Positions 24,853-37,411 are shown, numbered from the whole stretch's first letter. The stretch: DNA of 63,383 nucleotides, filler included, from Hyphochytrium catenoides (GCA_900088475.1; 5 parts of 5 records of this genome joined end to end with filler, not necessarily neighbours in it); one strand, 5' to 3'. Notes: generated by a model from the sequence alone, not told the origin. Made by a program: numbers and translations.

Positions 24853-24952
24853 NNNNNNNNNNNNNNNNNNNNNNNNNNNNNNNNNNNNNNNNNNNNTTAA
24901 TTAATTAANNNNNNNNNNNNNNNNNNNNNNNNNNNNNNNNNNNNNNNNNNNN
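24853..24952. other. Artificial contig-joining spacer
   Basis: 44 N + TTAATTAATTAA (stops in six frames) + 44 N. Confidence 0.98.
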
Positions 24953-26763
24953 AAAGAGGCCTAAGCTTCTGCTGCATAAGTCTGGCTATGGCGCCTTAAC
25001 TGGCTGAAAGTTCTTGACGAACCACATCCTTCAGCTTCTTGACCGGAGATCTATTACTTGGAAACTTCGCAAAGAACCATAGTATGCAATTTGCATACCC
25101 GCTTGAAAGCGCACGGACTAACGCCGTCTGAAATTGCACCATAGGCCAATTATCAAACAAGACCTGAATGGAAGTCTCAGAAAGTAGCCCATCTAGCCAG
25201 TGAAGGGTCTTTAGTTCTCCAACCAGCTGCAATGGACTCAATCGATCAGAGATCGCCTTTGCCATCGAGACTCGAGACACCTTCTTCCCTTTCCACTTGA
25301 CCATAAACCCCTTGTAGTTTCAGAGTCCTCATCTCTCATCTACTGTACCTAATGACTGTTGGTTAATCCGCCTATGTCCGGAATCCGAATGGGCCACAGT
25401 CCCGATGGGGAACTCAAGGAGCTCAGTTACTCTTCGGAGTCTGAGTTGCTTCTTGACTTCAGTGGGAGTGTTAGCTGTGAGTTGTATCCGGTATATAGTC
25501 CCTGGTCACTCCAGTCTATCATGGATATTTGGTGCAATCTCTTGGTGGTACAAGTAGCACGCTTGGTTGACCATTCATGAAATCCAGGTTCAAGTCCTGG
25601 AATATCCTTTACTTTTCCACTGTACTCTAATTAGCGATTTCCTTTCAAGAGGAGCTCAGTCTACCAAGGAAGACTCGTACTCTCGGCTGACCCACCACCG
25701 TCTTAGTGGTCTGATAGCAAGGCTAGCTCCGACATCACTCAGTCTTCTTTACCAACTGAAGTCCGCAATCGCTACCCTTTTCATGGCATCAATGGAGGAC
25801 GATCATCGGCCGGGAGGAAAGAAGCTGTCGCCGCTCTCGCAAGGTGGAAAAAAGCCTCTCGGACGAAGGAAAGTTATTGGAACCTCAAATGATCCTTACG
25901 ACTTTCATACATCAGCACCTTCTGAATGTTATACTCAGGAGAAGAATTGTCGATGTGGTTGTGCGGTAAGTCCTTTATCACTTCTATCATCCTCTAAGCT
26001 GCTGCATGCTTGGGTCGTCGTCGTCGGATTATCTTTCGGATTTCTGCTTGTCAATCAAACCATGCAGAGAGGTGGTCCGCGGGAACGGGACGAGCTTCAG
26101 TTACCCGGGAGTGCTAGACCTTTACTACTAATCATTAGCCATTGACGCGAGATGTCTCATTCCACGTTCTCTCGTAGTATTGCCGCGGCAGGTATATCAG
26201 CATAATTCACTATAGGAAGCATAAAAGCAGGATCGGTTTTGAGCCTTCACCGCCTGCTGGTAGCACACGTCCGCCACAAGAAACTCAAGAAGAAGATAAG
26301 GTTCGCTAGTCACCATAGAGAAATCTTCCTGTTTCGTGATAGATGACAGTCCATTATCTGAGCGATGTGTTGGAGCCCAAGTTACTCTTTCGCGCTTTAC
26401 ATCTATCTTTATTTCTCGCCAGCCGTAATTTGCGCTTACGATCGGGGGCTGAGGGCACTGACTCTGGTCGTAGAACTGATGGTACGCCTATCTGCGACTG
26501 CAATTGATGATTGATATACGTAAAGGACTAATTAACAGATCCTGGCTCTTCTACACCGTCCCGCTGCTGTCTTTCTTCCTCCTGCACTGCGACGTGATCC
26601 TTGTTTAGAAGATGAGCTCAGGGGCCGTAGTGATGGATCACTCCACTACGCTGCTTCAGAGGGAGATGTCCCTGATGGCGACAGTTGCTGGACACAAAGG
26701 AACGCCTCAAGTGGGTCCGAGGATGATGATGCTGAAGTAACAAGACCCAACTTAGAGCAGGAA

Positions 26764-27375
26764 TTGAGCCAATGCACTCCTCCTCCTTCTATCGAGGGCG
26801 ACAATCAAAACAATGAGCAAGGGAGAAGTGAAGATTATCTGCAGAATGTGGCTATGAACCAGTGCTTTCTCCTGTCAGACCCCCATGGAGAGCGCAACCG
26901 ATTCACTGTCAACATTCAGAACAGCCACGAGACTCCGTTACTTATCCTAGCCGACGTCATGCTAGATAGGTTTCTCTATCCCCAGTCTTCTAGGGCAAGT
27001 CTTGAATCTCAGTGCAATCGGCTCTTTCGTGTGCTCAATGAGCAACTGCCTATTGGCAGCGAGCGGTATCCTTCCCTTGACGAGACCCTCAAATATATGG
27101 TTAACTATCTGCCTAAAGTAACAAAAATTGGTAAGGTGATGAATATGATGAATAGCTCTTTGGCTTCTCCTCAGTATCTCTGTACCTAACGCTGCGATCT
27201 CTCGCTCTATTTCTTTCGCAGATAGTTGTCGAAATACGTGTTTGTGCTACTATGGTCCCTATGCGGACCTCAAGGAGTGCAAATTCTGCGGTGCTAGCCG
27301 GTACAAGCCGGGTGGTAAGACCAAAGAACCCGTGACGCAGACAGGATTTTGTTACTCCTCTCTTCAAATGAAAGT
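26764..27375 (+). pseudogene. N-terminal fragment of a CACTA/En-Spm (TnpD/Tnp2-like) transposase, with intron
   Basis: Splicing ..AAAATTG|gtaagg...tcgcag|AT.. gives YLPKVTKIDSCRNTCLCYYGPYADLKECKFCGASRYKP. This matches the CACTA motif I(H/D)xCxNxCxL(Y/F)xGxYxxLxxCPxCxxxRY. The DDE core is not found downstream. Confidence 0.75.
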
Positions 27376-28746
27376 AGGAAAGGCCATCGATGGGCGAGAA
27401 AAAAAACGATCAGGAGTTGGGAAGATAAAGTTAAGAGCGAGAACGCTCCTGTGTGCTGTTTGTCTAAAGGGTTCATTACCCGGTAGAGTATCGAACCTGT
27501 TTTTGCCTTGCTTGTTGGCTAATGGTGGGCATCTGCTGCCGCAAGTCTTCAGTCAGATCAATCATAACACGTTCATCATCATCGACTGAGGATACTCTCG
27601 AAAAACAGAAGAAGGCTAACGTGAGTGCCTGGCGTGGACGACCGACGAGAACTCCCTTGTGCAGAGAAAAGAGATGGGACTTCCCTCCCTACCTCTTTCA
27701 AAAAACAAGTCCAAATAAATCTTCTGATGGGGTATGTCGACCATCATCATGATGCCCCTATTATCATCATCTCACTTTCTCAACGTCTGTTCTGGGCTGT
27801 TCCTATCCTCCCACTGATTGACACATCAAACATCGGATCATCACTTTGTGGTGCTCACTGATGTTCCCAGATTAAGTTGCGCTACTAGCCACATTGCCAT
27901 ATGAGTCTTATGGACCCTTCATCAGTCTCCTTGTGGATCGCACTTCCTGGCCACTGTTTGGCCAGCTTGGTAGTTGTATTATTGGTGGTGATTGACAGAA
28001 TAAGCGGCTATGTTCCCGCCAAACTGGTGCCATACATATGTTCTTCTACTTGCAGCCCACCCCCCCACGGCCAGTGCTGACCAAAGTCTTTCCCCATTTA
28101 GTCAGCATTGGCCCATCCACTCCACCCTTGCCAATGACCAGGAACGAATCCGCTAAAGCGTGAGCTAATATGCCTATTGTAACAACTGGACATATTGAAG
28201 TACGGATAACGCAATATCGGATCTGGATCTTTAAAACTCAGGACTCAGGATTCACTGGCGCGCGGTCTCGGCTTTCGCGCTAACATCAGCAGCATCTTGA
28301 TGAGCAGCGCAGATCACAAATTTTTGAAGCTTTTCATACCTTCTTGTCAGTGATCCTGCCTGCCTGCTACTTCCTGTTTGCCACCACCTTCCCAGCAGCA
28401 CGCCGCCTTCTTAGTACTCGCAGTATCGCAGTACTTAGCCAAGAAGCTGCTTTCTACGCCCTTCTACTACGTATACAGCGTTCTATGTAGTAGTTGCGGC
28501 TGCTGGTTGGTAAAAGAAGAAGAGTTCTTGTTTGTTGCCCCTCGTCTTGTTCTAAGGCTCAAGTTTATCTTATAGGAAGGTGATGATGTCTTTTCCTCCT
28601 TCCTGGCAGCCGCTACTACTACCGCCTCCTGCTTCTTTCTAGCCGCATCTTCCGATAGACAACAGTTGTTCTTCTTCTTCTTGTTCGTCTCTGCTGAATA
28701 CTAACAAGCACAGAGTTAACAGGACGGATCCGGACGGGAGAGCGAT

Positions 28747-29304
28747 ATGACTGTCAATAATAGTCTCTATGGTGACGGAGTCTACCCTGATGACGATGAG
28801 GATGACCTTTCTATTCAAGACGACATCGTTGCCACCACACCACAAGCTGATGGGGAGAAAGATAGAGTGCCCGCTCCTGCTGGTTATCACTCAACAGGGG
28901 GAAACGGTAGTGACTTGTTCGCCACCCCTTCCTCTCATCGGCGACGGGTTGTAAGCACCCCTTCGTCGTCGGTGGTTTCTTCAGTAGCGATTCGAAGAAG
29001 CTCCATCTTACCAGGACGCTCTATATCAACGCTACCACTATCCCCACCAGCACTTTCCCCATCTGCTGCCGCTATATCCTCCACTTACGTCGGTCCGGAT
29101 GCCATGCAAAGGTCTGCTTCCGAAAGTTTCGCTCATTTGGTATCTGGTATGTTGGGCAAAAGTGCAAATCTCTTTGCGGAGACAGAAGAGGCCTGCCGAA
29201 CCATGCAGGATAGCTTCTTTCGCTTGATGAGGAACTGTTCAGATCTGGTATCCGTTATTGATGCGAGGTATCTCCGGCGGCTTCTAAAGGTCAGTAGTCA
29301 ATGA
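28747..29304 (+). CDS. Ser-rich ORF, probably a transposon accessory gene remnant
   Basis: 185-aa ORF with acidic N-terminus and helical C-terminus, ending at a likely donor (AAG|gtcagt), embedded in repeat DNA. Confidence 0.35.
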   Translation: MTVNNSLYGDGVYPDDDEDDLSIQDDIVATTPQADGEKDRVPAPAGYHSTGGNGSDLFATPSSHRRRVVSTPSSSVVSSVAIRRSSILPGRSISTLPLSPPALSPSAAAISSTYVGPDAMQRSASESFAHLVSGMLGKSANLFAETEEACRTMQDSFFRLMRNCSDLVSVIDARYLRRLLKVSSQ

Positions 29305-29445
29305 TGGATGTCCTAAGGATTCGAGCAGCTGCTCCAGCACCTTCTTTTTTGCAGACCAAGTAGGAAAGAGGAGGAGAGAGCACAATGCTCCTCAGCGGCA
29401 AACTCTTGTAGAGGAAATGGAATCTGACTGTTCACCATTGCTGCA

Positions 29446-29686
29446 GAGCAACGAGTGCTAGAGCCGCTAGCCATGAGATGGATGAAGGACGGAGAGCTGG
29501 TTCATGTCGCAAGTTCTAACATACCACTAAAATCCACGCTCCTGTCGTAAGCATTTGCTCTCTGGTGTAAAGAGGAGGAGCGTGGATGGACGAACCGGTG
29601 TTTAGTGGTATGTTAGAACTTGGGACATGAACCAGCTCTCCGTCCTTCATCCATCTCATGGCTAGCGGCTCTAGCACTCGTTGCTC
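29446..29686. repeat. Long inverted repeat (foldback hairpin)
   Basis: 29446-~29530 (GAGCAACGAGTGCTAGAGCC...CATACCACTAAA) is the reverse complement of ~29601-29686 with one mismatch. An inner 12-bp stem (ATCCACGCTCCT/AGGAGCGTGGAT) follows a ~13-nt bulge, and the loop is ~30 nt. Confidence 0.95.
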
Positions 29687-29959
29687 CTCTGATTAACCTT
29701 GGCATTTTAGCGTTGCCCCCTTGTTGGTGTCGTCAACTCTTTCACACTACAAGCCTTTCTTTACTAAGCTTTACTTTCTCTCTAGCGGCCTTGGTTCTTA
29801 TGTGCCACTCCTTTGTTCTGGCCACTTGTACTTCTCTCTCTGCCAGTCTTGCCATTCGTAGACTGTTGAAAAATTTGTTGCGCCTTTTGTCTTTTTAACT
29901 TAGCAACTATATTTCAGGTCTCCCCAACGCTGTTGTTACTCTTTGTTTCTGTTGGGCTC

Positions 29960-31705
29960 TTTTCCGTCAGCTGAACTTCTCTTCATCACTGTCTGAGTCC
30001 CTTGCTACTCCTCTCTTCACACACTGAACGTAGCTGACTTGGTCCGTGACTCCTCTCTTCTCCTCATCTTGCCTACCACCGCTCACCTTCACCCCTCTCT
30101 TTCTACCTTCAATGCTTGACATGGCCACTTGCCTTTTTGCATGGCTGCATTGATCCTCTTTGTGCATGTGGTGGTGCTCCTCGATCGTCAAGTCTGTAAC
30201 ACCTGCCTTGACTCTCGACAAGAAGAATAGCGGCGCTGCTAGGACTGGGACTCCATCTCTAAGTGCTCCTGGTCAGTCACCGGTAAGACGGGTCCGTCCC
30301 AACGCCTTTCTAATATTCACCCTTGGCTTCTTGTTGCTCCTTCTTGTAATTGTGGTCAACTCTTTTACACCACACGCCTTTCTTTGCCCTGTACGTTCCG
30401 CGTCTTGCGGTGCCTGCATTGGTTAGCACCACCCTCTGGTCCTATTCAATACTTTTCAATTGTCTCCCTGTTCAGTCGCATTCCATCTTCTGCGACTCCG
30501 TGTACTGGCTTTCTTGTTCTTCTTCTCTTTCATCTGTTTATTCCGCCTACAAGCAGCAACAAAAGTGAGGGCTATGCAATAGAGATGGTCTTAAGACGCT
30601 TCTTTCCGGTGGCTGATCACGAATGCTGGGTCAAAGGAGGAGGCCCAGTTCTAGTAGTGCCGGTAATCTTCTGTTCAACGATCAAGGACACTGGTTGACC
30701 AGACTTGATGAATGACACCGTCACGTGCACAGCTTAAACAATGCAAACAGGCAGTTGCCTTAGCTGATGCTCTCCTTCCGCTCCTGTGTCCATTCTTACC
30801 CCCTTCTACAGGCCCGTGATCAAGCTGACTTGGTCTATCTCAGACTCTTCTATTCCTATTTTTCAATCCTTTACCTTCACCGCTCTCCTCCTACCTCCAA
30901 TTCTTGGCATGGCAACCTGCCTGTTTGCATTGGTCAATTGACCCTCTGTGTGCATGCGGTGGTGCTTCTCATTCATCAGGTCTGTGACGGCTGCCTTGCT
31001 TGTTGATAACGAGGATACCGGCACTGATAGGTCTGGAACTCTTTCTTCACCCGGGCGTTGGTGGCCAGCCACCGGTAAGAAGGGTTTAAGACCATTTCTA
31101 TCCCTAGCTTTTTGTTTCTCCTTCTTGCTGGTGTCATCAACTCTTTCACGCGACACGTCTTTTTCCTTCCCTGCCGTTTATGTTCCGCGTCTTGCTGTGC
31201 GGCATTGGTTATCACACACTCTCTTATCTGCAACTCCGTGTGCTATTGCGGCTTGTTTGTTTCTTCATCTCTCCTCTGTTAGAAACTATCCTTCACGGTC
31301 CTCCCAACCTACTACGTGCTGCATTAGTACTGTGATCGTTTCTTGTCTCCCCGAATGCTAATAATCCTCGTTCCTGTTGCGGTCTTTCACTTAGCTGGAC
31401 ATCTCTCTCTCACTTGTGTCCCCTTGCTTCTCCCGTCTTCAGGCTCCGCCTGTAGCTGACTTGGTTTCTGACTCCCCTCTTTCTCCCCTTCTTCCCTACC
31501 GCTCTCCTTCACTGGGCTCGTTCTACTACCAATGCTTGACATGGCAACCTGCCTGTTTGCACCGCTTCCTTGACCCTGTGCACTCGATGTGTGCTACTCA
31601 ATCATTACGTCGGTAACAACTGCCTTGACTACTGATAACAAGAAGAGCGGCACTGCTAGGACTGAGACTCCTCCTTTACCCAGCGTTCGTGGTCACCGGT
31701 AAGTG
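29960..31705. repeat. Diverged repeat family: three direct copies plus one inverted partial copy
   Basis: Direct copies at ~30030-30290, ~30820-31080 and ~31450-31705 share AGCTGACTTGGT..CTTG(A/G)CATGGC..CTGCCTTG..GGCACTG.TAGG.CTG..CACCGGTAAG. The segment ~30600-30760 (CCGGTGGCTGATCACGAATGCTGGGTCAAAGGAGGAGG..TGCAAACAGGCAG) is the reverse-complement version. Confidence 0.8.
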
Positions 31706-31984
31706 ATCCCTGAAGAGTTATCGTTACCTTTCCCCAGTCTTGCCCTGATTCTGGTAGCGTCTTCTGCCTACGAATGACTCTCTCACTTGACTATTAACTT
31801 CTTCTAGCTTCATTGTCTTGAGGTCATAATGGAGTGCGATTTCTCCGTCTTCTTGTTGTTTTCCTTTCCTCAGAGTGCTCCTCCTTTCCCTACTCTGTGA
31901 TTGTCTGGTACATTGATCTCTATCTCACCGCTGATGTCGTTGTCCTTCCTTTCTTCATTGATCCAGGAGGTTGGAGTAGTCACA

Positions 31985-32090
31985 CTAAAGTCCACCGAGT
32001 GTTCAGCGTGCTCGCGTAAGGTCACTTCTGGCGATTGGTTTGTCTACGACTTGTGTCAAGTTGCATGTCACTTGAATGCGGCACAGCTTT
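31985..32090 (+). pseudogene. Degenerate PHD-finger-like remnant, likely transposon-derived
   Basis: ECSACSRKVTSGDWFVYDLCQVACHL-(frameshift)-ECG resembles the PHD pattern CxxC..WxxCDxCxxxxHxxC. Confidence 0.45.
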
Positions 32091-32862
32091 AGCTACCACA
32101 GGGTCAAGGTGGAGGAAGACACTTCGGTTGCAAGGGCGATGCTGGCAGCAAAGATGCAATTTTATCGCCAAAGCCCACAATGAGCGTGAGCAACTCATTC
32201 AATGTGCAGCAACGAAGAAGTCTGGGGATGTGACGTACATGAAGAGGAAGGTTAATAAGAAGGCCAACGCTCCTTCTCAACGATACCCCATCGGCAACGT
32301 GATGTGCCTTCTTCCTCTCACTTTATACCACCAAGCCGCCCGATGGACCTCGTTTACCCTACTAGTCGACTAATACATGTGTCCCGTCCCAACAAAGAGC
32401 TCCCTACCGTTTACTAATATGTCTTTCCCCAAGGGTCGCAGCTACTTAGTTGGAAGCCATTGCAACGTCCGCTGCCTTCCTCGCTCTGTAAGCCATCACT
32501 GTAAGCACCGTGGGACTGGCGATATGGAGGTGTCATTGGGCAGAACTTTTGGATGTGGAGACTCTTTACCGCTTAGGCCAACATTATATATTTATGGAGG
32601 TTTAGTCGAGCATAGCTACAGAAAGGCGACCGCGCCTGCGACCAAGCTCTATTACCCGCCCACCTGTCCTTTCATTTATTATCTTCAGTGGCAACATATT
32701 CATGTGGCTGAAGTGCTCTTACTAGACAGCCTTCGGTCCGGAGATGCGGCGGTCTCTGTGGGTGCTATCTCTCTCTCTCCGTCCGTCTGATGGTCTCTCC
32801 TTTTCTATCTCCTCATCTCTGTCTTCAATTAATGCAGAAATGCATTAGACCATGAGATCTAC

Positions 32863-34937
32863 CTAGGGGTTGATGGGAAGGAGAAGGTTTGGCGTCATTG
32901 CAGCCCCTCCTGAACTTGGTGTCTTGTAAGCTTGCCGAGCGCGTACAGCGTGGAGTTTCCCTTCCTGCAACCAAGCCCACAGTCAGCCGTCCGTCTAGGG
33001 ATGGGTTCAATTCTTCGACTTTCAGATTAACTCCCTATTTCCCGACAGCGCAGAATGTCTCAGCCCTAGTCACCACCTTAGTCCGGAATCCTGACTCCTA
33101 TGTAACTTCGAGCGGGATCTATCTCTGTCTCGCTAGTATCTTAATCTCTGTTCTTACCGGGAGCATTATGGCCGTCAGCTGAAAACCCCAGCAGCATCCC
33201 GTGTCCAGGCCTGTCGCAAATGCGTGTCTCTATGCAGAAAAGTAAGGCAATCAGTAACCCTCGCCAGCAACCGAGGTAACCATTGAATAATTGTCAGCCT
33301 CCTTCCCGTATATGTCAATCCTTCTATGGCTCTTGTTGTCATCTTTTTTAACCCGTAAAGTAAGGACAAGGCTAGAGACTTGACAATCCCTTAAGTGAAC
33401 ACTATCTCGCTAACCAAAGATGGTCCTTCCTTTCCTTGACTTCTAGAAGGAGCGAAATCATTCTTCTCTCCTAGACTTTATTAAGTTCTGACCTGAAGGC
33501 CTCTCTTGGCGTCATGCCCAAAGTAAACATGCTCGGGTCCTGGCCACATGGAGGCCCATGGCACGCCCTCTGTTCGTACTAAGTCAGCCCTAGCGTAAGT
33601 GCTAAATCAAAAAGGGATAAGTACCTGCTCCCTTTGATGAGGCACGCCACCGCGCTGGGTCACCATCCTCAGCAGCCCCCACTTTTAGAGCGCCCGGTGG
33701 CCAGGTGGTGATAAGGTTAGAGAAAAGAGTAATGAGGGGCAAACAAGACTTTCTTTTGACCAGAGATGAAATTGAAAGTAGAGCTAAATGCAGAGATAGT
33801 GAGAAGTCAAGTGACAGCGAGCACACAATCAGTTCAGCAGTGGAAGATTGTGAACCTGCAGGAGTTGAAGGGTGTCTTATTCGCACCTAAGCTTCTTATC
33901 TCGTAGAGCTCGTCAACACTTTGTTCCTCGAGCGGTACTCCAGGCACTAATCCTGCATGCACTAGGATAGCTCTATGGGAAGGGATGGTAATGACAAAGG
34001 GTAGGCTCTCCATCCAGCGGACGTCATCTTTTGAAAAGTTCTCCATGAAGCGGTAGGATTCAGGAAGAGGTGTTGATGATGGATCCTGGCGTTTATACAT
34101 AGCAGCAGCGAGAGCTTCAACTCGTCAGCTTAAGGGAAGACAGGAGCTTATTCATAGAGTTGACAGGACCAAGGAGAGGTACGTGAGGGGACAAGTTATT
34201 CCAAGGTGACTGCGTTAGAGGCAGACGACGGACAACAACAGCCAGCTATGAGATTGCGAGGAAAGAGGGGACTCCGAGGCGCTATGTAAGAGAATGATAC
34301 CTCCTTCCAAGCGTAATAGGCCTTCAGCGCGTCATCATCTTTGTTCCCCCTTACGACCAGTCCTGCATGCTGTCGCGCAAAGTCGACGACCTTCAGCAGC
34401 AAACGAAAGGGTCATAAGGCTGACACTTGGGGGCAGATAGGCCGAAGAATTTGTTGGCTAGAGGTGAGATAGAGATGGAGAATAGTACGAGAGTCGAGCG
34501 CTTCATACCAAGGTCAAGGCTAAGAGGGGCAAACTTTGCAAAGATACACAGCAGGGCTTTAGTAGACGAAGGGATTGGGAGGACAACAGATCACTCTAGA
34601 AAGTAGACTGGAGAGCGCTGCACCTTCAGGCTGTCAGGGCCCTTGCACACTAGATCCCCTACAAAGGCAAGGATGGTACGTTCGTCTACCACCTGGTAGG
34701 TCAAAGGAGAGAGGTAATCGCACTGTACAAGCAGCTCCAGAAGCTCCTCATAGCAGCCGTGTACGTCTCCGACGATAAGCACTCTCGTTGTCTCAGAGAT
34801 GTCGTCACGGACCTGACCAACAAGACAGACATCAGGTCAGCTCAAGCTTCGTAACCTCGTCCAAAGGCTTCCAATCTGACCTGATGTATGACCTCAGGCA
34901 GCGGTACTCCGCGAGCATTACGTCGCAGCACTGCCAT
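32863..34937 (-). CDS. Calcineurin-like metallophosphoesterase, ApaH (symmetrical Ap4A hydrolase)/Ppn2-like, multi-exon
   Basis: [19 protein letters not shown]|..[21 protein letters not shown]|..VRGNKDD..|..[10 protein letters not shown]..|..[12 protein letters not shown]|[18 protein letters not shown]..|[16 protein letters not shown]. The last exon was chosen by motif fit. Confidence 0.9.
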
Positions 34938-35626
34938 TATATCGAGTATCGGCCTTTGGGGTGTCTCCCTCACCCCTCAGAATGGGAGTCTACGTGGTAG
35001 AAACCCTCTTCCAAGCCGCCTCACTGAGCTTCTTTGACAACCTTGGCCATTATATTGTAAGCGCTGACAGACTACACTTCCTTTGTGTCCCGATAGTATT
35101 ATAAGTTGAAGCTCTTGCAAGAAGAGCTGATGTCGGAACACCGTCAATGAAGCTCGAGAGGACTTAACTTCTCAGCGCAGCTTCGCTTGCTTTGTACAGT
35201 ACCTGTACAGCTACGAGATCTGATTCAGTCATTCGTCGTTATCACAGCTCCTGAACGAAGGGCGTTAGCAGCTCACACAAGGTTGCAAGCCTAATATGTT
35301 AGCGTCACTTAATGAAGAAACGGATGTCCCAGACTTGCTAGGTTTCTTTTCCACGCTCATGAGCGCTCTCTCAATCGTGTGAATGGCACTTCCTACATCA
35401 TGAGACTAATAGCATTGTGATTATGCATGCAGGCTGGTGACCTGAATCGCCCTGGCATGTGATACACTGCCTGCTAGTCATGTTACGCTATGGAGTTGAG
35501 CATAGTAGTCTATCCTTGGGCATACGGTCATCAGATGCTGATTGGCGAGCATTTCGTGTTATGAAGACTGTATACCATAGGCTAGAGAGAGACAACAGCA
35601 GACGGATGGCTAAGCACAGAGATCTT

Positions 35627-37411
35627 TTAAGACAGAATGTTTCTGAAAGCGTCATAACTGCAGACCACCATGAGAAATATCCCTCCTATCAGCAAGCACC
35701 ATGCCCCCAGTTTGCGCCTTTCAAAGGGCTTGTGCCTCCTAATCACTAAGTAACTACTAGCTGGCAGGATGTAGCCAATGCCAATACCTACGGTTGAGCC
35801 CATAATGCTCCAGACCACACCGATGCCAGGGGTGACACAGGCGATGGCGAGCTGTGAGCCCACTACTATGAAAGTGAGAAGGAGGTGCTTGGACTCACGC
35901 CCTACAAAGGCAATAATGTCTTCGGGAGCCGAACCAGGTGCTGCGGAAATATAATGAGGTATGAATCAGTACACAGGAGACCCTTTCAAAGCGAATGACG
36001 CTAGAGAGGTGCACCCTAACGCAAAGGGTGAGAAGTATCACAAGGCAGTCAGACTGATGGGCAAGTACGACGATAGCCAATGTCGACAGTTAGCTTAAGG
36101 AAATAGGATGAGAGCAAAGCACTTACTGGCAAGGGCAGTATTCACTAGAGGGATGCTTTCCTCATCAGCTGCATTCCTCTTCGCTTGAAAGTAGCCTATG
36201 GCTTTATCTAGCAGTGATTCGAACTCTGCTCTGCAAGGCAGAATGATGATAGGAAGATTCAGCATCACCGTGAGAGACAGCGCCAGTCGACCAAAGTTGA
36301 TGAGGAGGTCATTCGAGCTGAAGTTCAGCAGAATGTCATCCTTGGTGGCGTCATAGGCATAGAGATAGCCACAAAGTCCGGTCAAAAGGTAAATGGCTCC
36401 GGCTAGGAATATTGCCAGGTGAAGGACAGTCTTCACTTTCTCTCTGGTTGGTCTTTGCAGGTTCTTGTGCATCGGAAGGGCGTTGAAGTGGCATAAGAAG
36501 GCCAACGAGATAAGAGGAAATGATCTGCTCACAGAAAAGCAAGGCCGGTGTCAGCATTCTGAGAACCCTAGGGTAAGTTGGTCGTCTAGAAGGTCGAGAC
36601 TAGTCGCAGAGTAAGGTACAGTTCTAAGAATGTCGGTTCACAAAGAGTCAGTGAGAGGGACTCCAATAGACAATGAGTCGAGACGGAGGGAACCAGGAAG
36701 TTGAAGGTGCAGTCGCTGCCTATGGTCTCACCTAATGGCATCAATGGAGGACGTCGCAAACAGTTTGATGGGCGGGTGGGGCTCATCCAGCTTGCTTAAA
36801 GTGACATTGTGCTCCACCGACCTGTAACCAGTGCACAGCGCCAACAAACAGATAGACGCAAACGATACCACGCAGCTGAATCGCAGCGCACTTAAAGATC
36901 TTAGACAGGCGACGGGGAAGATAATAAGCACGCACACAGCAAGAACTAGGTTACGTTGGCTCCCGGTAAGCTCGTTGCCAAGCACGAACTCAACTAACGA
37001 CCCCACATTGTTCCTAATGAGGATCATATAGCCAATACAGGCCAGGAATGTGAGCAGTAAGACGTTGATTGAGGTCACATGCTCCATAGTCCTTCCGAAA
37101 GCCGCTGCCGTAACCCCTCCATATGATGTAGCTCCAGTCCGTCTCGAACCCGCAATTAGAATGTATAATGAAAAGTCTGAGGCCAACGCACATAAGATGA
37201 GAAGAAGAGGGCCAAGTATTATACCAGCGAGAGAGAAGGCGTAAGGAAGACAAAGGACTCCTCCACCAACCATAGTCGAGACTAGATTGAAGACGGAGGT
37301 CATCGCGGTGGCCTCGCGTTCGGGAGAGTCCTCTGGAGGATGTAGCCAGTCGATGCTCTTCTTGTTCATAACATTCACCCCTCCAGCACTTGTATTTCTG
37401 GTACTAGTCAT
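35627..37411 (-). CDS. Amino acid transporter, AAAP/SLC38 (Aa_trans) family, 3 exons
   Basis: SVFNLVSTMVGGGVLCLPYAF, LRSLSALRF, FLCHFNALP, DDILLNF and MGSTVG..GYILP, with many TM segments. Confidence 0.95.

Noticed and set aside
24897-24908. TTAATTAATTAA as a biological motif or TSD
   Set aside because: It is embedded symmetrically in N runs four times, so it is an assembly linker.
24996-25304. VKWKG chromodomain-like motif in a minus-strand ORF
   Set aside because: The other chromodomain residues are missing and the upstream region is broken by stops; too weak to call.
21891-31705. Spaced repeats as a CRISPR-like array
   Set aside because: Units are long and diverged, without constant short repeats and unique spacers; there are no cas genes and the context is eukaryotic.
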